A stretch of 55,268 nucleotides of DNA, filler included, from Catajapyx aquilonaris (taxonomy: Eukaryota), in the NCBI GenBank assembly GCA_000934665.2. It is 2 parts of 2 records of this genome, joined end to end, with 100 filler letters (N's around TTAATTAATTAA, not from the genome) between each part and the next. Parts side by side here need not be neighbours in the genome. Positions count along the whole stretch, not along the records: positions 1 to 27,630 come from JYFJ02005039.1; positions 27,731 to 55,268 come from JYFJ02005040.1. The stretch is one strand, 5' to 3'. Under the pieces are notes generated by a model. The model saw only the letters and a list, made by a program, of their open reading frames with translations. It did not search any database and had not been told where the DNA came from. How positions within the stretch are numbered: the first letter of the stretch is position 1; each line of letters opens with the position of its first letter. This document shows positions 26,251-37,817 of this stretch, in pieces. Position numbers and translations under genes: made by a program.

Positions 26251-27630
26251 CAGTTCATTTGCCACAACATGTACTTACGCTGCGAATATTGGTGTACGTA
26301 ATGGCCTGGTAAATGGTAAGTGCAAGTAAGTCACATCCAAGCTGCCAACATGGTTTTAGTCAAGTAACACCTACAAACTATACACGGAACAGAATTTTCG
26401 AACACATGTCCGTTACAACGTTCGAATTCGAATCGAGATGACGTCACAGTACAAATGACCTGAACCAGTGCAGTGACGTCGCGGTCTGATGACGTCACGT
26501 GTTAAATAGTTCAAAAAAAAATTTAAAGGTCCGGTCCGTTTACTATTTTTAAAAAAAATTGGTCGTTATTTGGGAGGCTATTTAAACGGACCGGTTATGT
26601 GCTCTGATTGGTCGCCGGTTTGTGAGGAAATTGAGCCAATCGGATCTAGAGTCGGGCGTGTAGACTCGCCTTGAGGCTGGGAATGGGCCGAACGGGGGCC
26701 CGAATTATGTGAGGTAGGATGTGGTAGTAATGGAACCATTGGAACGTGGTTGGTTCTGCCCCGGGGCGAATGCTGGGGCGTACGTACCCGGCGGGTTTGA
26801 GCCCCGTGGCTGACACCGGAGTTGCGGGCTTGTCGGATTGGCAGACTGGAAGCTGTGGGCGTGGAAAAGAAAGGGGGTTGGCACAGCGAGCCTTTTTTTT
26901 CCACCCCTATTCACCTTTCTTTTTTTTTCTTTTCTTTTTTCTTTTTATTCAGAGGTGCACGAGTTGTGGTTTTTTTTGGGTTGATTTTTGCGGCAGTATC
27001 GATACGACGTATCGATACTGGATTTTGCGAATTAGGATGAATGGGATAGGCTCGCAGAATTGCATTTCGCAATACACAAAGACATTTTTTCCTCCCCAGT
27101 AACATACCCAAGTCCCAAAAACAATTTTGCTGATTTTGCAAAAATCACATGACATTTTCCCCCTGATCCTTCAGTGTACATGTCCAGTAAATTAAGTTAC
27201 ATTTTTCTGAACCCGTCTGAACCCTTCAAAAATACAAAAAAAAAATGCAAAAATACTAAAAATATTTGTGCCAATTTCTGCGAAAATTACATCAAGACAT
27301 TTCCTGACGTCTCTTCCATCCAGAAATGCGAAAAGAATGCCACAATGCTAAACTAGATATTTTTTTGCAAACTTTGCATCAAGTACATCAACACATATTT
27401 CCTGGACCCTTCCAAAATACGAATAACTTAATTTACAAAAAATTACGCAAATTCTTGCCAATTGGGCGAACAATCGTGTAAATTGGAAGGATCTAGACGC
27501 GCTCGACACGTGGTCATAAGTATAAAGACGTCCGCAGCTAGAAAAAACATGTTCATCATCGCATGGTGATGGTCTTCAATGCAACGAAATAAAAGCCACT
27601 GTATGCCTGAATATTAATTATTGGAGTTTT

Positions 27631-27730
27631 NNNNNNNNNNNNNNNNNNNNNNNNNNNNNNNNNNNNNNNNNNNNTTAATTAATTAANNNNNNNNNNNNNN
27701 NNNNNNNNNNNNNNNNNNNNNNNNNNNNNN
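27631..27730. other. Artificial contig spacer N44-TTAATTAATTAA-N44
   Basis: Exactly 100 nt, symmetrical, with a central six-frame stop linker. Confidence 0.95.
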
Positions 27731-27959
27731 CAGTGGACAGGACCAGGCCGCATCCCCGCATGTCCTCCCTCGTGTCCAGGACGCCCCTCACCAGTCTGGA
27801 CACTGCCCACCACTCTCCTTCCTCCCCTCCCTTCCTCTTCTCCTGCTCTCCCATCAGACCAGACACGTTCTTCCCAACACCCGATGATGATGAGGATGTG
27901 TGGCCACCAAACATGGCCATGGCCACGGAGCAAAGGACCAGCACTTGCAACCCGAACAT
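27731..27959 (-). CDS. 5' fragment of a signal-peptide protein truncated by the gap (possibly a divergent ionotropic receptor N-terminus)
   Basis: ATG 27959, MFGLQVLVLCSVAMAMFGG... hydrophobic signal, then RLVRGVLDTREDMRGCGLVLST running into Ns. Family guess is weak. Confidence 0.35.
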
Positions 27960-29450
27960 GGTTCACCCAAGCACAGACGTGGCCCAAGTACTGACCCACC
28001 TCACCACTCCAAACTAGATTAATAATGAATTAGCCTGATTAACTCCACCAAGTGGTAGCGGCCGCTATCCAAAGCTTTGCAATCACGCGCTCCATCAGTC
28101 CTTTGCGGCCAACGCACACTGCCGCACAACCCAAACACCGATAAAGCCCAATTAGCTTGGCCCTATGCCGAAATGCTTCAAATAATTCATATATGGGAAC
28201 TAGCTGAATCGCGCCGAATGGAAAAGACTGACGTGTGCCCGTAACCATTCCACCTCATGCTCCAACCATTCCCATGGAAAGGAGTAAAGGACCATCACAT
28301 CTAATCCGGGCATGCTTCACCCGCGCAACCACTGATGACTTCACACAAGTGAAATGGATGATTAATCTCCTCCATGCACCTAATAATAAATTGGAAACAT
28401 ATCTACAACGCGTGCCTCCGTTGGCACAACAGCATACCGCACTAGCTTGCTATCGAGGTAGTGCTGGTCCTCAGATTGAAAGATAGTGTAATAAGGAGGA
28501 CTGTATAGTCCCCTGAAAGCCCAATCTTGGAGGTATATTATTATATCATGCTCGTTTTGACCCTTGACATTCGCCTCTCTGCTCTCTCCATCCCCTGCCT
28601 GTCAGCAGACCTGCGCTTATCTCTCTCCATTCCGGCAATCACCTTGTCTGAATATTTTATATCCACGCTAGGAGGTTTCTGTTTGTGTCCCGATATCATA
28701 CCGCAACGAGCGTTGAAAGCCTATCTTTTCAGGTTCAGTTCGGGGAATGGTGTTTGCCACATATCGACCAGTGAAGCAGATCAATTACTCGTCATTTATT
28801 TAATCCAGTCCAGAGTATCTTAAGTAGTAATAATCTCCGTTTTATCTGGTTCGGGCCAAATTGAGGGAACTGAATAAGAGAAATTTGCGGGGCTCTGTCC
28901 ATTTTTAAAAAATCATGAAGTGTCGAACCTGGCAATTATTTCTCAACATCGCCTCGCCATAAAAGTACACCTCATGGCTTAAAATGGGTTGTTTAGTATG
29001 CTGCATCTGATGCCACTGGTGTCCATTATTGTGACTGACGACGTCTCCGATCCTGCGTTTTGGAAGGAATATGATTCATTTCTGGCATGCAAAATCAAAA
29101 GACAACTTCCCGTCGCGTCGTATTGTCAATTGTGACGTTGCTGTCTTGATGTCCCTTAATTACCATCCTACCTTGACAGAGTCTGGGGCGCTCACAGGTG
29201 GTCACGGTCAGGTCACGGACACGTCGGGCAGAGGGTTAATAATTTTTTAATTATAACTTAAGGTTAACAACACATTTCCCTATGAGGGGTAGTCAGCGAT
29301 GAAGGGAGGCGCAAGCTAACCCAACATATGAACTAAATTCAAAACGTGTGAAAATAAACATATAAACAACCCGTCCCACACGCCCCCACCCCTGCCCATC
29401 TCACAAGGGAAGTGTAAGTGTTGTCAATGGCGTTTCTGAATCAAACTTGG

Positions 29451-29948
29451 CACAATGATACAGGCAGGTAAGTTATTAAAGAAAATGCAAAAAAAAATGG
29501 CGGATGCCCACAAGGTCAAAGGTTATGACCTCTTGAACTCACAAGGGACACTTTCCAAGGTCTCGCCGATTTTCTTGAAATTCGGAACATTGATAGGCCA
29601 CCCCAAGGGATGAAAAACGCACCTAAAGTGACCTGCTCAAAATGATCCGGTGGCCCCTTTTTGGGGGCTACCAATGCACCGAATTTCAAGAAAATTGGTG
29701 AGTTTTCGGCATTTAAGACTTGACCTCTGCCCTCCAAAAAGGGGTCACCAGGTCATTTTGAGTAGGTCACTTTATGTGCGTTTTTCATCCCTTGGGGTGG
29801 CCTACCAATGTACCGAATTTCAAGACTATCGGTGAGACCTTGGAAAGTGTCCCTTGTGAGTTCGAGACTTTTGACTTTATGCTGGGGATCCGCCAATTAT
29901 TTTTTTTTTTCATTTTTTTAAAATAACTTACCTGCCTATATCATTGTG
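29451..29948. mobile_element. Foldback/MITE with ~210-bp inverted arms and CACAATG...CATTGTG ends
   Basis: Arm ~29451-29665 is the diverged reverse complement of ~29730-29948; flanks cttgg / attgg. Confidence 0.75.
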
Positions 29949-30589
29949 ATTGGCACCACCCTTGCACCTCATCGACCCCGCCAGGAACAAAGAGGTGCGT
30001 TCCGTACCTCCGTTCATCATATGTGAGGGTGCGTTCCGGCGGCTGTGACGGAACGCGCACAGGAAAAAATATATATATATATATATAAGAATCCAATTAT
30101 TATAAAACACGCTGGTGAAACATTAAATGTATTGTTCCAGTAATTATTATAATAACAAAAATGAGCTCTTTACTTTAACTATCGATACGATACGTCATTT
30201 CTCCATGTATCGATATGGCAGAGTATCGATTCTCAAGATGGCGGCCTTCAGCGATCGAACATTTTTTTGGAAGATTCGGCTAAGGTTTGTCTCTGGTTTT
30301 TCTCCAGCTTCCGCAGGCTCTTTACGGGGCTAGTCTGGCTCGGGGCAGGGGCAGGGGCAGGGGCAGGAACGATCGGACGAGACGAGGAAAAGAGGAGAGA
30401 CGCCAAGGAAGGAAGAAAGGATCAAGAAGAACAAAAAAAAAAAAAAAAAAAGTATGCACAAAAAAAACGACGAAAATTAATTTGTCGGTTTTCCCTTGGA
30501 TTAAATAGCATCATAATCTACAATTATTTACGTCAAAGGCACGTCAAATTATTTATCGACCACTGAGCAGTAGTGGCCGTTTGGAAAAA

Positions 30590-30771
30590 CCGTTGCCATG
30601 GACAAACAAACGGACAAACTTTTTTTCCTTATAATACTACCTTCCATATATCTCTTGTGTAAAATCTCAGGCTTACCTACTGCTTGTGCAACACGTCCTT
30701 AGGTTCAATTGTTGCCATGGCGAGCCGTTGCCATGGGACAAACCGACAAACTTTGCCTTGTATATGAGATT
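30590..30771 (-). mobile_element. Two Helitron-like non-autonomous 5'-end remnants
   Basis: Duplicated ccgttgccatgg(g)acaaac..gacaaacttt; minus strand begins ATCTCATATACAAGG. Related motif at ~52290-52330. Confidence 0.4.
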
Positions 30772-30974
30772 GAAATAATAAGGGTTAAGATTGACTACTG
30801 TTCGTCCAACCTTATAGTTCAGATGTGTGATAGGTAATGAAACGTGAACTCTTTATCGCAGACGCTGTCATTACATGCGGTGTATTTTTCAGGGCGTGAA
30901 GACTGTCGCAATAACAGTGCCGTACCTGGGCGTTTCCAGATTACGGACAGAGGCATCCCGACAGATACGATTCA

Positions 30975-33413
30975 ATGGCTTCGACTAGAAGTAATCAGTT
31001 GTACTGCAATTATGGCGTAATGCGCAATTTGAATTTGCGTTTTTCGGTCCTTTCAGAAGCCAGGAAACACTGTCCGAGATTCCGAACTCCTTCCGCCGCC
31101 TGGAAGTACTTCCAAAAGATACGCCGCATCAACGAGAGCGGCAAGGCTTTGATCCAGTGCCAGTTGTGCAAGAAGCTGCTGGTTTGTCGCAGGACAACGT
31201 CGATAATGAAGCGACATTTGAATGCGAGACATCAAGGATTGTACGACAGAGCGTCAAAACGGCTGCACAAGCAGGTAAAAATTACGACTAAAGTGCGCCC
31301 TGTAATGTCGCACCGATTAATTACATGTAAACAACATCGGCAAAGTCGTCTCACAAAATTTGTGAGACGACTTTGCCGATGTTGTTTACATGTAATTAAT
31401 CGGTGCGACATTACAAGGCGTACTTTAGTCGTAATTTAATAAATACAGTGTAATTTATGCCGCATTGCTGCAGGCAGAGAAAAACCCAAGTCGGATGGAC
31501 TGCGATGAAGAATCTACAGAAGAGGAAACAGACAACGCTATGGCCATGCAACAATCGGAGACAACTTATTCTTGTAAGTCATTTACGATTGAAAGTACAT
31601 GCAGTGCCATTTAATTTTAATTTTTATAAATAGCAACCAGTGCAATTAAGAAGCATCTGGACAAACTGCTGATTAAGATGATTGCGATTGACCTGCATTC
31701 ATATTCAATCGTCGAGGATGAAGGATTTGGCGAGCTGACGAGAGGATTGGATCCGAAGTATACCCTGCCATCCAGAAAAGCGATCAAGGAAATGATGCAG
31801 CAGGAGTTCGTTTCGTCGTTAGATGTGTGGAAGCGCAAATTGGAGGTTAGTACTGTTGACTAATTAAAGCGAGTGTCCTATTCCAAGTGAACTATTGCAG
31901 GAGGCGGAGTACGTTGCATTGTCAGTAGAAACCTGGACGGGCAGTATGTTGGACCACTACATGGCCGTGAGAGGTCACTTCATCGACTCGGAGAACCAAC
32001 TTCGGGAGTGGACGCTTGACTTTTTTTCGTAAGTGTCATTGTCTCGTTGACATTTTTAAAACAGTAATATTTTTTGGGTTTTTACAGCTACACTGTTTAC
32101 GATATCTCGCAGTATATACAAAACGTGGTGTGCGACTGGAACATTAAAGGCAAGATAACATGTGTTGTGTCTAAAAACTTGGGAGAAGCTGCCAGCCGAC
32201 TGAAGCTCCCAGATGCAGCTTGCTACGCTCATACGCTTAACACAATTGTGATTAAATCGATCGCGTCTATCCCTTCCGTGAATAGCATGATAGGCACGGT
32301 TGATCAAATATTAACACACCTGACATATAATGATTCGGACGCAGCGAAGCTCGAGGGTTGCCTGGACAACTTGGAAGCAGATGTGGACGAATTCCGGGGA
32401 ATGTACGGCGCATATTGGACTTCAAAATACGTTGTTCTGAAGCAGTTCATGGGAGTGAAAGAGCAGCTGTCCACTATGGAACTGCCGGAAGACAATCCAT
32501 TCATGTCACCACGTGAATTGAACATTGCCGAGCAATACTTAACGGCGAGTTATTCAGTTTAGCGCATGAGACAAGTCTAAACCTTTCTAATTTTTCAGGT
32601 TCTGAACCCGTTTTATCTCGTGACCGAGGAATTGCTGGCCGAGAAATCAGCAGGCATCTCCAAGGTGATTCCGATGACTCGGCTGCTCCAGCAGAAAATG
32701 GCCAAGTTCGCCGAGATGCATCAGGAAAGCGAGGGTCAAGACGAAGCCCGTCGCCTTTCGCTAAAACTTAACGAGGAGTTGACTGAAAAATTAAGCAAAA
32801 TGGAGTCGAATAGGTAAAGACATGTCACATTATAACATGGGAAAAAATACACTTGGGAAATTTTTTTTTCAGGGTGTACCGACTTGCCACGCTGCTTGAC
32901 CCACGATTTAAAGCCGTGTTTACAAGCGACAAGATATGCTCGGAGGCTATTAAACAGCTGAAGGAGGAAACGAGGGAGTTGATCAACAGCGATGAAAGTC
33001 GTCGTCAAGTTGAACAAGGATGCGCCGAAGAAAAAGACGCACTCTGGGAAGATCTGGATCGAGAGGTAAACGGGGAGACCTCATTGAATCGGATTGGTGT
33101 TAAAAGCAGATTTCGATTGCAGATCAGTCAACGTGATTCGATGAGCCGAGGAATAAGCGGCGACCTTGAGGTTGAGGCGTACTTGGCTACGAAGAGTATT
33201 CCGCGGACATCGTCGCCTCTGGAGTTTTGGCGGGAACACAAAGGTCAATTCCCGACTCTGAACAGGTTGGCCGCTAAATACTTGTGCGTACCGGCTACAC
33301 ACATACCTCCCAAGCGAATCTTCACGATGGAAGGCGAGCGTTTAGCTCAAAAGAGGGCGAGTCTCACGGAGAAGAACATTCGCATTCGCCTGATGCTGCA
33401 GAATAATTTTTGA
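30975..33413 (+). CDS. ZBED-like protein derived from a hAT transposase (BED finger, dead DDE core, hATC dimerisation domain), 9 exons, ~609 aa
   Basis: Exons 30975-30990, 31057-31274, 31474-31573, 31634-31845, 31901-32028, 32088-32544, 32599-32813, 32873-33065, 33123-33413 (1830 nt, open). BED: WKYF...CQLC...MKRHLNARH; hAT blocks MIAIDLHSYSIVEDEGF, CYAHTLN, LATLLDPRFK, PLEFW...FPTL..LA.KYLCVPAT. Confidence 0.88.
31279..31437. repeat. Near-perfect 159-bp palindrome filling intron 2 of the ZBED-like gene
   Basis: 79-bp arms around position 31358, two mismatches. Confidence 0.95.
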
Positions 33414-34254
33414 CACAGTTGCGTAAATCACAAAATTGTTCAATTATGCGGAATATCTCAAAGACTGAGTTCAGAATAATATATTTAATTCCCCTTTTAC
33501 GCATATAATTCAAACCCTTTTTTTTCCAGACATAAATGTTGCTGCCTGGTCATTTTACGAGTACCGGTGCGGTTAGTTTAAAAGAGTACGGACTGAGACG
33601 GAACCGACACATATCAATCGCACTACATATTATCCCGAAACCCGACATAAGTTGCGAAAAGTAGACGTTGCAAATATAATTATTGCGAAACACATCCATG
33701 GCAGTATTTGAGGATGGAGATTCATAAAATAACATTGGAACACTGTGCGGTTAATTGCACTATCAACCCCCTACGTACCGTACGACACCCAAATGTCAAC
33801 ACATCTTGATGCTACGATTCTACGTTTTGCATACATGTGAGGCCCACCGTAACGAACAACCTTTCCCTTTTAATAACTAATATCGCAGTATGTCAGTACT
33901 TTAGCACTGAACGTACTCAAGACCTGCAATCGCACAGTAATTGTGATGTAAATCGTAGGCGACTAGATTCAATTGCGGCGTTTAACTCGCATAATTCAGA
34001 TAAAAAATGTACTAAAAAAATTAATAGTAAAATTATAAATCTGATTAAATCGGATAAATGTTAGTAGAACTCCGCCTTCGTAGTAGTATATAAGAGTACC
34101 TTAACATACAAATGCAAACTGAAATGCAGAACAATCTTGCAATGTTCCGCATTTTCTGAATATAAATGCACATCGTTCGAGGCCCAAATTGTTCTCATTA
34201 AAATGCTTCCCATACATTTCGGGTAAAAATGTAAAACGTTTCGTGGCCGGTGCC

Positions 34255-35525
34255 TCATCGCAGCTCCAGAATGTGCAGGTGTGGATAGCAATCGCGTATC
34301 CATGTATGAGCATCAGTGAGGTCCACGCCGTAGCAGTGCCGCAGCCGGATGTACCGAAGGGCTTGGCACTCATTGATGAAGTCGATCACGCCGGCCGAGG
34401 TGATTCTCTGGCAGTCGAGCAGTGCGATGTCCGTGAGCAGCGGGCAGTTGTCCGCAATGGCATCCAGGCACATGTCGGTCAGTGCCTCGCTCTCGATGAA
34501 GCTCAACCTCTCCAGCCGCCCGACGACTTCCGGCTCGCAGAAATACGCAAGGAGATCGGATCCGGTACGCTCCCAAGTGTCACCCATGCTGAGCTGGCGG
34601 AGGCTGATCAAGTTGCACATCGCCTGGAGGAGGCCGTCCGGAGCGTCCCAGTTTGGCTCAGAGATGTCCAGCTCCTCCAGTCGGCTGCACTGCCCCAGGA
34701 GCACGTACGATTGCGGCAGCCCGAATCGGCCGATACGCAGCTTACGGAGGTGACCCAGGCTCTGGGCCAACACTTCCATCTCCGCGTCCGGGTCGCAGCT
34801 GTCTCCGGACACCCAGCTGAGGGTGACCTCGGATAACCTGGACCACTCCCGCTTGATGGTGCGATCCAGCGGGCGTCGACGGCCGGTGAGTCGGCCCAGG
34901 TCGATCTTCTCCAGCTTGGCACATCCCGCGAAGATGTCCAGTGGATGCTGGAAGCTCGCTGGAATGCTAATGTTGGCCATAACGACCTCCCGCAGTGCTG
35001 TGCACCTGTCAGAAAATGCGTTAGTCACATCGTTGGGTTAGGGAGCCGGTGCGGACTCACTTTTCGGCCACGTGCGCCAGTGGTTCCGAGCGAGCCAGCG
35101 CCATCCCCTGGATGATCAGCACCTCCAGGAAGGGCAATCCGTCCCCAACCTTTTGAATGAGCTGGTCCGGATCCGACATATGTGTGAGCGTGAGCTTCCT
35201 CAGCAGCGGCATCTGCTCCAGCAGGCGCCCGGCCCTCCACTTGCAGACCATCCTGCCGCTCAGCCTGGCCTCCTTCCACAGCCGCCGGTCCAATGCCGCC
35301 CTGCGCCATGAGCGGCACACCAGAGAGGCCGCCAGCAGGTCTCTGGTCGGCAGGTACCAGAACAGCTTCACCTGCATCTCCTCCGGAAGGTGATCAAAGG
35401 TCTGGAAAATCAAAAGGCCCACAAATTAACACCTATTGATGACAATTAAATTATTACTTATGTATTGATTGTTGTCCAGATTTGCTATGCCGCACCTTGT
35501 TATTGCCTGGTACGGCTCCCGCCAT
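34255..35525 (-). CDS. F-box/leucine-rich-repeat protein, 3 exons, ~373 aa
   Basis: Exons 35525-35496 (ACCATGG context), 35401-35061, 35005-34255 (1122 nt). F-box FDHLPEEMQVKLFWYL...ASLVCRSWR...LW; cysteine-containing LRRs (LTDMCLDAIADNCPLLTDIALLDCQRITSAGV). Confidence 0.9.
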
Positions 35526-36139
35526 GGTGTCGACGATGCTCCTCCGCTGCGCTAGACTTGCACAAGACCGGCTGCGCTTCAGCCTGTGTACGCAGCACCC
35601 TTCAGCTCAATGTAAACCCTGCAAGTACACCACATGTCGGTGAACAACGACAACAATCGCTGTGAGTCTGCTCTTTGCGTAACGTACTAGTAGTGCAATG
35701 TGCGTGATGCTCAGTGGCTTCCCTGCAATGCGCTGAGTAAATGCAATCCGATAAAGTACCCAATAAGTACTTACATTTAGTGTAAAAAATGATCGAAATT
35801 TAAACTCATTCCGACCATACGTCCAACAATGTCCGGTGGTACAGTCAACACCGAAATAAATTGGGACGGCCACCCTGGCAACCGGGCAACAATATAGCAA
35901 TGTTTCAACAAGTGCAATCGCTGATTGCATTTGCGTTAGTGCCGCAAGTAATGCTGGTGCTGATTTGCCGCACTTGCGTACTTGTTAATTGTTTAGAAAA
36001 TTGAACGAAATTTGGCGATCATTAGATTTTGACGCGTCCGTACGTGATGATGAACCGGTATGCAACTCACTTACTAGTTGGATATTAACATGTGACGTCA
36101 GCATCGCAGGAGGGTATTAACAGCTACTGTTTTATGTAG

Positions 36140-37817
36140 CAGCGTAGTTTATCCACCAGCATTTTTAATCGTCTTTACCACACTTAATTCAGGTTAACAA
36201 GTAATTAAATCGAACTCCCTGGCCAATTGGATGTAAGAAAATTGATGGTTAAATGTACCAGAAGCGCTCTGTTTGCTAATTAGCAGTTAGCTGATAATAG
36301 CCGTTATTTTTGTTAAACGCGATGTGAATTTATGGGACAAATATTATTAATTTTCTTTTAAAATCGCAGTTTTCCATTTTTCCATTAATAGACCTAATTA
36401 GTCGAACTCGCTCGCCAATTAAATGTAAAAAAACTAGTGGTTAAATGTACCAGAAGCCAATTAGCAGTTAGCTGATAATAGACGTTATTTTGTTAAACGC
36501 GATGTGACTCTATGGACAAATATTATTAATTTCCCAGTTTTCCATTTTTCCATTAATAGACCTAATTACTGGAACTCGCCCGCCAATTAAATGTAAAAAA
36601 AAAAATTACTGAGCGCTCTGTTTGCTAATTAGCAGTTAGCTGATAATAGCCGTGATTTTTGTTAAACGCGATGTGACTCTATGGACAAATATTATTAATT
36701 TCCCAGTTTTCCATTTTTCCATTAATATACCTAATTACTGGAACTCGCTCGCCAATTAAATGTAAAAAAAAATTACTGGTTAAATGTACCAGAAGCGCTC
36801 TGTTTGCTAATTAGCAGTTAGCCGATAATATCCGCTATTTTGATAAACGCGAAGTGATTTTATGGATAAAAATGGAAAAATTGGAATAAATATTTAGAAA
36901 TATTTAATATTATCAAGTTTTATATATTTTTTAAAAATTTGTCCATTTTTCCAGAGCTTTTTCCACTTTCTGTTGTTGGCTGTTCTAGAAGCGGGGCGGG
37001 CGATGCCAGGCACGGTGCCAGTCGGAGGAGGATCCACTGGTCGTGGCGGGTCGTGGGCTCCAGCCAGCGTAGTTTATCCACCAGCATTTTTAATCGTCTT
37101 TACCACACTTAATTCAGGTTAACAAGTAATTAAATCGAACTCCCTGGCCAATTGGATGTAAGAAAATTGATGGTTAAATGTACCAGAAGCGCTCTGTTTG
37201 CTAATTAGCAGTCAGCTGATAATAGCCGTGATTTGTGTTAAACGCGATGTGACTTTATGGACAAATATTATTAACTTTTTTTTAAAAAAATCTCAGTTCC
37301 ATTTTTCCATAAATAAAGATAATTACTCGAACTCGCTCGCCAATTAAATGTAAAAAAATTACTGGTTAAATGTACCAGAAGCCAATTAGCAGTTAGCTGA
37401 TAATAGACGTTATTTTGTTAAACGCGATGTGACTCCATGGACAAATATTATTAATTTCCCAGTTGTCCATTTTTCTATTAATAGACCTTAATTACTGGAA
37501 CTCGCTCGCCAATTAAATGTAAAAAAAATTACTGGTTAAATGTACCAGAAGCGCTCTGTTTGCTAATTAGCAGTTAGCCGATAATATCCGCTATTTTGTT
37601 AAACGCGAAGTGATTTTATGGATAAAAATGGAAAAATTGGAATAAATATTTAGAAATATTTAATATTATCCAGTTTTAATTTTTTTTAAAAATCCATTTT
37701 TCCAGAGCTTTTTTCACTTTCTGTTGGCTCTTCTAGAAGCGGGGCGGGCGATGCCAGGCACGGTACCAGTCGGAGGAGGATCCACTGGTCGTGGCGGGTC
37801 GTGTGGGCTCCAGCCAG
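36140..37817 (+). repeat. Higher-order tandem duplication: two units (~925 and ~750 bp), each built from ~170-190-bp subrepeats plus a copy of Tudor exon 1
   Basis: cagcgtagtttatccaccagc at 36140 and 37065; subrepeats at ~36212, 36404, 36572, 36742 and ~37137, 37329, 37498; exon-like block at ~36955-37067 and ~37705-37817. Confidence 0.92.

Noticed and set aside
27675..27686. TTAA-based piggyBac site or biological palindrome
   Set aside because: Centred in a symmetrical N run; a synthetic linker.
30975..33413. Active autonomous hAT transposon
   Set aside because: All DDE positions are substituted and no TIR/TSD was found.
34189..34836. 215-aa plus-strand ORF
   Set aside because: Antisense shadow of the F-box/LRR exon.
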